Source of the DNA: Octopus vulgaris
Taxonomy: Eukaryota
NCBI GenBank assembly: GCA_951406725.2
Contig: OX597817.1
Coordinates: forward strand, 137,020,001-137,084,000
Direction: 5' to 3'
Length of the DNA: 64,000 nt
A program made the translations under genes and the position numbers. Below, piece by piece: positions 12,042 to 24,694 of the stretch; position 1 is the stretch's first letter, and the number at the start of each line of letters is the position of its first letter. A model generated the notes under the pieces. The model worked only from the letters and a program-made list of their open reading frames with translations, did not search any database and was not told where the DNA came from.

Positions 12042-12423
12042 GGAGCACTCCGTCGGTTGCGACGATGAGGGTCCCAGCTGATACGATCAACGGAACAGCT
12101 TGCTCGTGATATTAACGTGCAAGTGGCTGAGCACTCCACAGACACGTGTATCCTTAACGTAGTTCTCGAGGAGATTCAGCGTGACAGAGAGTGTGACAAG
12201 GCTGGCCCTTTGAAATACAGGTACACGAGAAACAGGACGAAAGAGCGAGAGAAAGTTGTGGTGAAAGAGTACAGCAGGGTTCACCACCACCCCCTGCCGG
12301 AGCCTCGTGGAGCTTTAGGTGTTTTCGCTCAATAAACACTCACAATGCCCGGTCTGGGAATCGAAACCGCGATCCTCCGACCGCGAGTCCGCTGCCCTAA
12401 CCACTGGGCCATTGCACCTCCAC
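12042..12423 (-). mobile_element. tRNA-derived SINE family B, full length, with 11-bp target-site duplication
   Basis: Head gtggaggtgcaatggcccagtggttaggg...ggtttcgattcccagaccggg; perfect TSD attctggcata at 12031-12041 and 12424-12434. Confidence 0.95.
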
Positions 12424-13756
12424 ATTCTGGCATACGACCTTAATAGCTAAAAGCAGGAGTTATTCGTCCTCTCGTAGCAGATGTCTGACGCAACATGTAA
12501 CAGCATGGGCACAGTCCCAACTCGGTTGAATGAGGATGGCAAAGCTGACTTGTCGGTTAAGAATTCAGTATTAGGGGGTATAATTTAAAGTATTTAGTGT
12601 GCCGTCCTACTAATTCTTCAGAAGCGTACTCACGATATTCAAAATAAGTTGATGGAAATCTCGGATCTGTTGGGTTAATGTTGCATTCTGGATTAGAACT
12701 CGGTATGAAAAGATTCGTAACTTAATTCCACCCGAGCTTTCTTCCGCTGTTTTACAGTTTCTTTTCTCCTTTATTCTCCCTCACTTTAATTTCACTGATT
12801 TTAAATATTGTGTGAGGAGGTGAGTTCTTAATTGAATTGTTCCACAGATATTATAGGTATTCAGTTTGAGAACCCCGTGGGACGGGAAGACGAACCAGAA
12901 CATAAAAGTAGGAAATTTATTCTAAGGATTGAACTGCTGGACTGTATTCTCTGCCACTCTCCAGATAACACTTCAGATTGACTTAAATGAAAATACCACA
13001 TTAAAGAATGGAATTGTGTTGTTCCTGTTCCTTGTTTCTCACCGTGACATAATCTGTACATTATCCCCACCTACTCCCACCTACTCTGTCAGCCTGTTCT
13101 CTCTCTCACCAACGCCCACCCACCACGCTGTCACTATATTCTCTATTTAACTGTCATCTTACCCAACAGACCACCACCTTACTCTAATATACAATCCAGC
13201 AATCCTCAAATCGCTTCTTATAATCCTCGGTTTAAGATTAAAAATATAATCCAAAAAGAAAGTACCGGAACTTTGTTTAAATCGATTCACTTAAAGAGAT
13301 GTTGGTATTTGGTTGTGAATTATTGATCAGGCGACACTTCGATCTTTTCTTTTTTCCGAGTTCACCTTAAACCACATCTTTTGCGGCCACCACACCTACT
13401 ACCACCGAAACCATTATCACCACTCTCAATTCCGTTTCTACAAGCAACAAGATGACAATAACAACAACACCATTGCCATTATCATCATCGACCGCCTCCA
13501 TTTCCCCTCTTCCGCATCTCCAACATAAGTCTTCTCGGTATTAACACTTCCAAAATCACAGACATCACTTCCAACGCTAGAAAGCTTTTTCTGCCTCTCC
13601 ACGCTACCATGACGACGATGAACACCACCACCACCACCACCACAACCGCTGCCGATGCTCTCTGTGTGTGAGAGAGTCTCTCTCCGTATATATATATATA
13701 TATATATACAAATTGAGATAGGGGTTGTAAATGCAACCCTCCATTTTCTTATTTTG

Positions 13757-13787
<31 letters not shown>

Positions 13788-13829
13788 ATACACACAGACA
13801 TCTATATATATATGCTTGTATATATTTAC

Positions 13830-13944
<115 letters not shown>

Positions 13945-14362
13945 AGAAATCTGGTACATAAAATACCATACAACATAAATTGATTTATCAAAATTATCTC
14001 CACCTCTACAGGACGTACCGTAATTATCAAATGGCAATTATAATCAGATCTACTTGGAAAAGAGGAGATAATCTCAAGATTTAAAAATACTTCAAAACTG
14101 ACATGCCATTAAGGATGAGGATAAACTTATTGTGTGGAGACACCAGCATAGCCGTGGAGTTGTATTTCTGGCTAAATAGCCTTCATCATTACAACAATCC
14201 TTCGACCTCATCTCCAGTAGTAAAAGGACTTAAATGAAACAGAATAGAAAACACCCATAGCCTAGATAGTCTTCGTAATTTAAACAAAAAGCAAAAAAAA
14301 AGAAAAGAAAAACGAGCTAAGAGAAATAACTCAAAGTGGCCAGTGGCATATATTTGAAACGT

Positions 14363-14682
14363 GACACTCCGTCGGTTACAACGACGAGGGTTCCAGTTGA
14401 TCCAATCAACGGAACAGCCGGCTCGTGAAATTAACGTGCAAATGGCTGAGCACTCCGCAGACACATGCATACCCTTAACGTGGTTCTCTAGGAGATTCAG
14501 CGTGACACAGAGTGTTAGAAGGTTGGCCCTTTGAAATACAAGTACAGCAGAAACAGGAAGAAAGAATGAGAGAAATTTATTGTGAAAGAATACAGTAGGG
14601 TTCGCCAGCACCTACTGCCGGAGCCTCGTGGAGCTTTAGGTATTTTCGCTCAATAAACACTCACAACACCCGGTCTGGGAAC
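14363..14682 (-). mobile_element. SINE family B, 5'-truncated
   Basis: Colinear with about 12045-12362. Confidence 0.92.
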
Positions 14683-14685
14683 CGT

Positions 14686-14931
14686 AAAGACACTAGCATC
14701 GGTTGTCAAGCGATGGTGGGAGGACGAAAACAAACACACGAATACACACACACATAAACACGACGGGCTTCTTTCAGTTTCCGTCTACCAAATCCACTCA
14801 CAAGGCTTTGGTCAGCCCGAGGCTATAGTAGAAGACACTTGCCCAAAGTGTCACACAGTGGAACTGAACCCGGTACCAAGTTACTTACCACACAGCCATT
14901 CCTGCACCTATACACAGCCATTCCTGTGCCT
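14686..14931 (-). mobile_element. SINE family A, 5' half, abutting the family B copy
   Basis: gacgggcttctttcagtttccgtctaccaaatcc...ccacacagccattcctg. Confidence 0.9.
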
Positions 14932-15060
14932 ATGTATATAAATATACACGTACACACACAAATCACACATGCAAACATACACACACAGAGCAAAAATTGG
15001 ATCATGATAATTTTATTTACCATAAACTCCAGTCTTTGTTACAATACATAAAATGTGATG

Positions 15061-15306
15061 TTCCTTCCCGTGTCATATAGGCCCAAGAGGGCCTGCTGTC
15101 CTGGTTTCAATGGCGTACATAATCCCCACCAGGACGGTACGCTAGTCTGTTGCAGGGTCACTCATTTTAACCAGCTGAGTGGACTGGAGCAACGTGAAAC
15201 GAAGTGCTTTGCTCAAAAGCACAAGCGTCGCCCGGTCCAGTAATCGAAACCACAATCTTACAAACACGAGTCCAAAACCCCTAACCACTAAGCCACGCGT
15301 CTCCAC
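15061..15306 (-). mobile_element. tRNA-derived SINE family D
   Basis: Head gtggagacgcgtggcttagtggttaggg...ggtttcgattactggaccggg; core cagctgagtggactggagcaacgtgaaa shared with the copy at 26046. Confidence 0.85.
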
Positions 15307-15390
15307 TGTTGTAATACTTTCTCTGCCACTAATATACTTGACAGTTAAAATACAACGATCTACTTCATGAGGACATTGCTTGGAGTGTAT

Positions 15391-15427
<37 letters not shown>

Positions 15428-15436
15428 TACATACAT

Positions 15437-15484
<48 letters not shown>

Positions 15485-15487
15485 GTG

Positions 15488-15720
15488 TATTCAATGGACG
15501 CCATTTACACAAACTTTACGTGGGCGCTTTTGCTTATCTTGCTGTTTTTATTTTTACGGTTTCGTATCGACTTTTTACCTCTTTTTCTCTACACTCCTAT
15601 TTTGATGAAGGAAAATATCCGAAACATCTTAATGAACTCTTTCTTCATTTTCTTGTGCGTCAGTTAATAAATTTTGATCAGAGACTCGTTCCATCTTGTG
15701 ACTCTCTTTGGAATTTTCGT
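15488..15720 (+). mobile_element. Penelope-like terminal fragment
   Basis: Follows (TG)n; contains TTGATGA-A-GGA-aaata-TCC-GAAAC at 15602-15625. Confidence 0.45.
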
Positions 15721-16324
15721 TCCCCCTTTCTCTCTCACTTCTTCTTCCTTTCATAACAACACAGTACACACACACTCGTGACCACATAGTGAAACAACAC
15801 ACACACACACACGATACGCGGATGGTTGTAGTGATCTTTTCCGCGCTGCCTAGATTTTATCATAGAATAATTTGTTGATAAATATCTGTGAAGTCTATCA
15901 GATCTTGATATTGGAGTCTTAGTACACACTCTCTCTCTCTTTCTCTCTCTCTCTTTCTTTCTCTTTCTTTTTCACAATGTTCCAAGCAGAAGCAGTACAC
16001 ATGACACATGAGTAATTTCCCTTGATGGTAAAGTTGTAAATTTCTGTGAAAAAACATTCAAAATTACAGTGGATTTATACCTCCAACCCTTCGACGAAAT
16101 TTTGCCACGCCATTCTCTCTTTCTTGTTCTGCACGTACGCCCACCTCTGTACGAATTCTATATTCTAACCCTTGTTTTGAGAAGCTCGATGGATCGAAAC
16201 AGATGTATAGTTGTCAAAATAATTAAACACATTCTCGTACACGCAGCAGACGCTCAGATATTGAGATAGAAAGACAGTCATATAGACAAAGACAATTCGA
16301 TAAATCGATGGACAGATAGAGAGA

Positions 16325-16389
16325 TAGACAGATAGATACATGGACAAATAGATAGATAAATAGATAGATAGATAGATAGAGATAGATAG

Positions 16390-16478
<89 letters not shown>
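16325..16478. repeat. (GATA)n microsatellite
   Basis: Directly visible. Confidence 0.98.
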
Positions 16479-16479
<1 letters not shown>

Positions 16480-16583
16480 GTGGAGATGGAGAGCTGTAGA
16501 CTGCAAAGTGCTATGTTATCGACATAGGATTTAGTTACAGTTTAATTATGTGATGTCTGTGAGCAAGCAAGGTGTTGGAATTA

Positions 16584-16665
16584 CTAATGGGTTTGGCAGA
16601 TGTTGAGTTCTTGATTCTTTATTTCACTGAATCGCTTTCCAATATCTGACAGCATTAACCGATCG
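16584..16665 (-). CDS. Candidate terminal exon of a small secreted peptide precursor ((S)[26 protein letters not shown])
   Basis: Acceptor ttttgttcag|C; phase 2 matches the donor at 17896; contains GKR. No homology evidence. Confidence 0.3.
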
Positions 16666-16828
16666 CTGAACAAAATTGGCAGACATCTCTTGGAATGGGG
16701 GTGGGGAGAGGGGGAGCCTTTAATCCACACACTGCATATCGGTGCATGTATATTCATACATACATACACACATACACACACATACATACACACATAAATA
16801 CATACATACATACATACACACACACACA

Positions 16829-16897
<69 letters not shown>

Positions 16898-16913
16898 GTA
16901 TATATATATATAT

Positions 16914-16964
<51 letters not shown>

Positions 16965-17056
16965 CATATATATAATATGAATATATATACACGTATATGT
17001 ATATATTTAGATATGGATATATATACATATATATCTATGTATGTATATGTATGTGA

Positions 17057-17108
<52 letters not shown>

Positions 17109-17456
17109 CAAACACACATATATAGTGAGAGATAGTGAGAGAGAGAGAGAGAGGGAAAGATAGAGAGAGCATGTGATGGTGATGGTGATAGTGATGGTGG
17201 TGGTGGTGTGTGTGTATGGACAACTGTTGTATAGGCATTGGTAGATATAGTGTGTTGATGGTGGCGGTGTGCATTGTATATTCATTTATGTATGCATGTG
17301 TATGTATGTATATATACATATGCACACATACATACGTGAGTGGGGGCAGTGAGTCGATGACAAGAATGGGAACATTGGTGATGCTTATGGTGGCGATGGT
17401 GGTGGTGGTTATATTTGTGACGGTGAATATTTGATATTTAAGAAGTGTAGAGATTG

Positions 17457-17531
17457 GAAGAAGAAGAAGAAGAAGAAGAAGAAGAAGAAGAAGAAGAAGA
17501 AGAAGAAGAAGAAGAAGAAGAAGAAGAAGAA
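17457..17531. repeat. (AAG)n microsatellite
   Basis: Directly visible. Confidence 0.98.
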
Positions 17532-17895
17532 AGGGGGGAGTGGTGTGGGTGTCCAAAGACTGTATGGAAGTAAAGAACCACTGACCAAAAGACATTAAAT
17601 TTAATAGAAGAAATAACATTTATTTAGTTTGGCCGAAAGAACCCTTTTCTATTACTGGTATCAGTTAACGGGACACGATGACAATGATATAACCGGTAGC
17701 AGATATGTAAGGAGAATTTGAAGCCGTACGCATTGATTGGCGAAACTTTATATTTTAAAGCTATTTAGTCTGTTGTTAATATTTTCCTAATCTCATTCTT
17801 TAATCTTTTAATCGGGTGAGAAGGCAGTGGCCAAGAGCATTCACGGTGCTTCCGAGATTAAGAAAGAGGGAGGAAGTTGCGCCGAAACCGGATAC

Positions 17896-18071
17896 CTGAC
17901 CGGGAACCTTGCGACAGACTTGTATCGGATAAGGACATCGCAAATTGCTGTGGTAGATGTGGAGGGTGATTTCGAGCTGGGTGACGAGGGATGACGTCCA
18001 CCACCCGATACAGGGTAGTCATAAGCAGTGGTAGTGTTTGGCAGCAGCATCACTGCCACAAGCAACAGCAT
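17896..18071 (-). CDS. Candidate first coding exon with signal-peptide-like N-terminus (MLLLVAVMLLPNTTTA-YDYP...)
   Basis: Non-repetitive, GC-richer island; ATG followed by a hydrophobic run and a T-T-A cleavage-like site; donor CAG|GTATCC, phase 2. Confidence 0.33.
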
Positions 18072-18371
18072 CGACCCCCACCACCGTCACCACCACCACC
18101 ATCATTATCGATATCTTCATCAGATTTTGTGTTGATCCTCCTCATTGATCCTCCCATTGATCCTCCTCACTAATCATCACTTATCTCCCATTTTAGAACT
18201 CTTTAGCTATTGTTTCCAATCTTGCATTGAATCCCTTTGCATTTACAAGATTTATTCTATAATTCTGTTTCACTTTTCATTTCGAGTTTTACGTGTTGTC
18301 TGTGTAAATTTGTTCGTTTTCTTTCTCTTTCTATAACGCCAGCGACTTTTTCTACTTTAATATTTTAGAAT

Positions 18372-19900
18372 AGAGTAGAAAGGATGGAACAAAGATGCGG
18401 TCTGTTTATCAGAAAATGGCTTGGTCTGCCGAAACCACTGAATACAACTGCGCTGTACGGAAAACCCGTGCTGCAACTACCGATAACATCAATCGCCGAA
18501 GAATATAAGGCAGGAAAGGCAAGGATAGCAATGATGCTAAGGTATTCGAAAGATCAGTACATCCGAGAAAGCCCTTCAACGGTAAGAACAGGGAGGAAAT
18601 GGGAAGCGGAAGAAGCAGTAAACAGAGCAATCGGAAAGCTAAGGCATGTTGATATAGTTGGAGCGATGTCAAAAGCAAGAGCCGGCCTAGAGTTGCAAGA
18701 TTTCAAACCATTTTACATGAGCAGTGTAAAAGAGATGAAAGAGGAAGTGGTACACAAAGTGAGAAAGGAGGAAGAAGAAAGGCGAAATGTGCATTTGGTG
18801 CAATGTAGTCAACAGGGACAGTGCCTGAGATTGGAGGATTATGTGGTCAGTCGCAGAATCTCATGGAAGGAACATTGGGTTTGAGAATAAGCAAGAACAT
18901 CCTTCCTGATGAAGTCTGCCTTCGACCTTTTACTTGTCACCGGCGAATTTAGATGCGGAGAGAAAGCGACGGTGAGACATGTTCTGTCAAACTGCAGTCT
19001 AGCACTAGACAGATAGACATGGCATCACAATCAAGTCCTTAGTGTCATAAGCGCAGCACTCAAGAAGTTCGAGGGATATAATAGGGGAGAGTACCCAAAA
19101 GTGGGAAAGAGTGGAAGGATATACTCCCAGAAGGAGGGGAAAAGGACATACGGCCAGGCCTTCAAATAAATTGTACGAGACAGACGAAAGATGGAAGGGA
19201 TACTGGGAGCTGACTGCAGATTTGGAAAGGCTGTTAATATTTCCACCCATAAAAACAACAAAAAGATCGGACTTAATCCTATGGAACACAGAACGGAGAA
19301 TTGGAATTTTGCTAGAGCTGACAGTGCCATGGGAAGAGAACATCGCTAAGAGAGAGCAACGGAAGGAGAAGAGGTTTGAGAGATTAATCGAAGAGTGTGG
19401 AGAACAGGGATGGACTGTCGAGTATTACCTCTTGGCAATGGGGGACAGAGGCTTCATTGAAAAGTAATAAGGAGGATACAGGAAGCAGTCGACAAAGCCA
19501 CCTTCTATATATGGCTGAAAGGCGAGAAGACCCAAAATGGCTCGAAATCTATAACATGCCGACTGGGAAATAGCGTCGCTAGGTGAGGCTGGCTGACACT
19601 TAAGCAGCATCGCTGATTGACAGGTGGGCCAAGGTAGCGATCTCGCTCATAGGGCGCCCTCCTCCTGGTTTGAAGGTTCGTACCACCAAACCGCTGGTCA
19701 GCTCTGGCTGCTGGAACTGAAACTAACGCGACACTGTTGGAAGGTAGGTTTAAAGAGGGTACGGGCTAAAACTACGCACCCTTCCCCTCAATTGGTCGGT
19801 TGAAGCTTAGACAGGGTCACGTGACAGTTAGCTGGTGCTGGCTGCTGGAGCCTACCGGCGAGTATTTAAGGGTAAATTTGGCAGGATGGCCATTTGCCCG
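18372..19900 (+). mobile_element. HERO-like non-LTR retrotransposon (restriction-like endonuclease), 5'-truncated and degenerate
   Basis: IRKWLGLP...ALYG...VRTGRKWEAEEAV; HVLSNC..ALDR*TWHHNQVL; KRSDLILW...LLELTVPWEE...RGF; contains stops and frameshifts; GC-rich putative 3' UTR. Confidence 0.85.
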
Positions 19901-20409
19901 CTGACATTAGTCTTACATTCTTACGTGTTAATTTGCTTGTGTCTATCGTGAAGGTTAGTTGTTAAATTGTTGCCCGCTTATTGTTACATTGTGCTTGTTG
20001 GTTTCCCGTAAGGGACACGTTGTTAAAATTCTTGTCTGCATTACATTGTGAACTGATTTCCCCCCCCCCACCAAGGGGGAAGGATATATAAATTTTGTTA
20101 CTGCTTGCGGTTTGAACCGCGCCCCCTTGTGAAACAAATTTTTTTCGTATTTTTGAATATTAAAAAAAAAAAAATATTGTAAAAAACATTGTGTTCTGTG
20201 GAAAAACAAAATAAAAGAATGAATTTTGTCGCCGCTGTCGGTGGCCGTGAAACTATTACTCTAAAAATGGAAGCCATACAGGCCCGTTATGGAATGATAA
20301 CTGAAGAACACGGTGAGAGTAAAATAACGATTAGGGTGCAGAGCTTATTCTCAGCACCTCTTCTTATGCCTTAACAAATTCCCTTTCTACTCTAGACTTA
20401 ACTGCTTAT

Positions 20410-20581
20410 AAGTACTTCGCCCGTTTTTAAGTTCTGAGTTCAAATTCCGCTGAGGTCGGCTTTGCCTTTCATCCTTTAGGGGTCGATAAAATAAGTACCG
20501 GTTTAACACTGGGGTCGGTGCAATCGACTAACCCTCTTCTCCGAAATTTCAGGCCTTGTGCTTATAGTAGAAAGGATTATT
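20410..20581 (+). mobile_element. SINE family C copy
   Basis: ttctgagttcaaattccgctgaggtcggctttgcctttcatcc...ggggtcgataaaataagtacc. Confidence 0.85.
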
Positions 20582-20664
20582 TTCATTGCTGCTGCTGTTG
20601 TTGTTGCTGAATGCCAGAAACATAATTTCGGCAATAAACTCGCGCGCAGTCGCAGTAGTTCGGC

Positions 20665-21500
20665 GTGGCGCTGGAATCACTTTTTGTGAACAACTTTAAG
20701 TCCTCCATGAATAGTAAGCGGTTCAGTTTTCCCTTTCTTCTTCCCAGATCATACTCCAGCTTTGTCCTCTGTAGTATTTCACTCAAGGGGATCATTCTCA
20801 GTACAAAAAACAGTGGGGACACACTGTGCCCCTGGAAGAAACCTCACTTGATTTTTACTTCCAATACTTGATTCCCGGTTGTTAATTCAGTTGTTCAACC
20901 TTTCATGCTGTTCTATATGGGGCTTCTCATATTTTCTGCTACTTCATACATTTCCATTGTTCTTGTTATCCAAGAGTGTGGTATCATATCGTATGCTTTA
21001 CGATAATCAATCTATGTCATGCTCAGGTTTGTCTGTCTTCAGTTCCTGATAATTAGATTATCAATTAACAGCTGATTTTTCGTTCCTCAGCTCCTCTTTC
21101 GGCACCTTTTTCTGATCAAGAGGTAGCAGCCCACTTTTTTCCAAGTATCTATACAGTTCACCGGCCAAAGCACCAGACATTAGTTTTTCACATTAGCAAA
21201 AGACACATTATTGGCCGGAAGCTGGATGCAACATTACCCTTTCTTGGCACATAATGTCTTTCCCTTTGTCATCCAGCTGGATACTGCATCTTCCTGCAAG
21301 ACCTCATCAAGCTGTTGTGCTATTCTTTCCTGGAGCCCTCTCAGTTTCTCCATCCAATAACCACGGACCACCGGTCCTGGCTCTTCCAATTTGGGAATTT
21401 CCTTAACTTCTTTTTAATCATATCTGTTATCTTTATATCGTCTTAGCCTTCTATATTTCTTAATCCATCTTGGATTTCATGCAGCCACTCCGTTTAATCA
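20665..21500 (-). mobile_element. R4/Dong-like LINE reverse transcriptase fragment (pseudogenised)
   Basis: PGP..GYW, NFRPIMCL, AYDMIPHSW, GFFQGHSVSPLFFVL, LLFMEDLKLF across broken frames. Confidence 0.85.
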
Positions 21501-22097
21501 TTTCCAGGTTGTATTAGGCATTTTCACTCAATCTTGAAGTTCGTGTTTTAAGGTTACTCACCAACCGGTAATTTGATCGAGACACCATATTTAGTAAGAT
21601 TGTCAACCAAGACTGCAGAGCTCTTACTATCCATAAGTTGGGCCTGTTTCCATTCACATTTCTCTGTGTCGGTGACCATGATCATGATTCTCACTAGGAT
21701 ATAGGTGAACACTGGTTGGTCCCGTATCTTCATCCTAGGTCCCGATTCGCAGTTCATTCGCCATCATCCCAGGCATGGAGCTATTGGACACTGACAGGTT
21801 GTCACCAATGTGGCAAAGGAGTCCTATTTGTCCCACTTTTTAAATCAGAGTGTTCCTTCTCTTAGAGAGACTGCCAACCAAGGCTCACGAGTTCTGTCTA
21901 CACGCTTTCTGAGTTTTGTATTTAATCCCGCCAGGGTGTCGAAAATTCACCCTCCTCACCAAGCAAGCTTAGTGGGGTTGCCGGTTTAGTCGCCGACAGC
22001 TCAACTTTTGCACAACGCCACTTATTAATCGTTATAGCTTATTACTTGTTCACTATTATAATTTCACTATTACCTACTACAACCCCTACCTATCAAT

Positions 22098-22533
22098 TAT
22101 TATTATTATTATTGTCTTTGCACAGCTTCTAATGCTGGAGATGTACTACGGTGCCAGCTGTTCACTACCAGTGAACTAAGGTAACACCCCTTATTTTTCG
22201 AGCACCTTCCGGAGTATTTGAGCGGTTCCAAACAGTGCTGTTTTCTGCAAGTGATCCACCCTTATTGCCGCTCCTATTTGTTCCATGTACTTCTCAAGAT
22301 TTTTACTCACTGTTACCAGGGCTCCGACAATTAATGGTACTACTACCACCTTTTTCATTGACCACAACTGCTTAACTTCCCACGCTAACCTGTAATATCT
22401 CTCGATTTTCTTTCTTCCTTATCGCATGCTATATCTATGATCCAGCATCGTTTGCTTTCTTTCTCAATTGACACTATGTCTGGTTTCCTATTCTCTATCT
22501 CATGGTCACACTGAATCATAAAATCCCATAGGA
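22098..22533 (-). mobile_element. R4/Dong-like LINE 3' end (RLE domain, 3' UTR, TAA tail) within (TAA)n
   Basis: LWDFMIQCDHEIENRKPDIV...IIDIAC...VVVVPLIVGAL...LQKTALFGTAQILRKVLEK*; (ATT)n on both sides. Confidence 0.88.
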
Positions 22534-22563
22534 TTATTATTATTATCATCATCCTTATTATTA

Positions 22564-22619
<56 letters not shown>

Positions 22620-23092
22620 TACTCGGCATCTCTTCTTGACTTCTCGTCATTTTTCTTATATTTATTTTCGTTTTTTCAAGACACAGTTTATATTTTTGCT
22701 TCTTGAGGATTTCAAGAGATTTCTTGAATCCCGTGAAACACTTATGACCAATGTGTTGTTAAATGTAATATCACTGGTGACCAAGATATAATATATGGTC
22801 AGTATGAAGTACATCCCTTGCTCTCAGTTTGCAATCCAATACGTTAGACAATTTGTTTACGTTAGAAATAAAATTGCAGGGGACAACTAAGATATTGTAA
22901 AGGGTATTAGGACTTGTGTGAACAAACTGGAATGTAAGGGACCCGTAGTATTAAGGATCTGCAGTAAGTGACAACCGACTAAAATACTACAGCAGCCAAG
23001 ACTTCTTGATGTCATTTTTTTCCTAAATGCAGCAATCTCCGGGATTGCGGCATCTAGAAATATAATTGAGAAAGGAACAATAACAACAACAG

Positions 23093-23136
<44 letters not shown>

Positions 23137-24038
23137 GCATGTAATAATAACAAAAACAACAATTATATAATAGATAAATAAATTAACTGAAACAAGTATA
23201 TAAATATATAATGCAACTATTGCTACCGTTAAACTCCGTCTGCAGATGACAGTTATAATGAGTGTTAATGACTTTCTTGTCGTAAATTTCCGCTGTTAAC
23301 AACTTAGGCATTGATAACAATTACCTTTTAACTTGTTGCATTTTGTATTTCTCATTGATAGCTTCAGTCTTCCTTTTACACTTATCATTCTTCATGTTGA
23401 TATTAATTTCAAAGGTTTTTTTTTTCTTTTTTATCTCTTCCTTATTCTCTTTAATTCCTTCAACCCATCTCCAACTGCAGATTCCATTATTGTACATGTG
23501 TATTATACATTATTTCAAAATGAAGTCTCTTGTTCGGGTATTAACACAACCATTTATTTAGATTCTACCGATATTTAAGCTAATGTTATTTTTAAAGTGT
23601 TCTCGAAATATAAATTTAAATCAAATTTAAATTAAATTTCAGTTGATGAAAAAGAAATAGTTCATCTTCGAGCTGCGGGATGCAATTCTCCAGCACGAGT
23701 TCCTTAGAGCTTCAACTTTTGTCCCTTCTCTTAGTAGTGCGCTCGGCTTTTAGTCAAACAGTAATATTTTCTTTTCAAATAACAGCAGAAGCTAAATGTT
23801 TTGGGCATTGAATGAATAACCAGGTCGTGCAAAGTGAAGGCCATCGCAATAAATGTTGACTAAAAAAGACGTGGGAGATATTTGGTCAATGTACCATAGA
23901 CTGGGGCACGGGGAACTTTTTAGGGATTGGTTTATGTGTCAAATGCAACATAATATAACGAATTACATATATAATGATGCATATAACAACACATATTATA
24001 TATATTATTTACAGAGTATAAAGATAAGAGCTACTTAT

Positions 24039-24169
24039 AGTTTCAAGCATTAGAGAGGCGAGTCTAGGCAGGTTTTTATAACACAACTTGCGTGAACCTG
24101 GAAATTGCTTGAAGACACAAGGCGAGCTATGAAAACCTGCTGAGACACGGCTCTCCAATGCATGAAACT
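24039..24169. repeat. Imperfect foldback / MITE-like hairpin
   Basis: agtttcaagcattagagaggcgagtctaggcaggtttttataac pairs with gctatgaaaacctgctgagacacggctctccaatgcatgaaact. Confidence 0.85.
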
Positions 24170-24211
24170 GCATAAATAATAAATATAGTATGTATTGTTA
24201 TATATATAATT

Positions 24212-24430
24212 TATCTTTTATTTGTTTCAGTTATTAGACTGTGGCCATGTTGGGGCACCACCATCAAAAATTGTTAGTCGAATGAGCCAACCCCAGTACT
24301 TATTTAAATCTGGTACTTATTCTATCGGTTTCTTCTGCCGAACCGCTAAGTTACGAGGACGTAAACACACCAACACCGGTTGTCAAGTAGTGACGGGGGG
24401 AACAAACACAGGCGCACTCATAGATACACA

Positions 24431-24479
<49 letters not shown>

Positions 24480-24641
24480 ATATACATATATATGACGGAC
24501 TTCTTTCAGTTTCCGTCTACCAAATCCACTCACAAGGCTTTGGTCGGCCCGAGGCTATAAGACACTTGCCCAAGGTGCCACGCAGTTGGACTGAACCCGG
24601 AACCATGTGGTTGGTAAGCAAGCTCCTTACCACACAGCCAC
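24212..24641 (-). mobile_element. SINE family A copy
   Basis: Colinear with 11414-11830; internal (CA)n. Confidence 0.9.
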
Positions 24642-24660
24642 ACTCTCTCTCTCCCTCTCA

Positions 24661-24694
<34 letters not shown>

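Noticed and set aside
12350-12423. tRNA gene (also the heads at about 15306, 26381, 34000 and 52200)
   Set aside because: A/B boxes are present but the cloverleaf is incomplete and each continues into a SINE body; the parent tRNA could not be assigned.
12424-13000. Unique sequence with GTGAGT donor-like sites on both strands
   Set aside because: Could not assemble a consistent acceptor-ORF-donor exon or recognise a protein.
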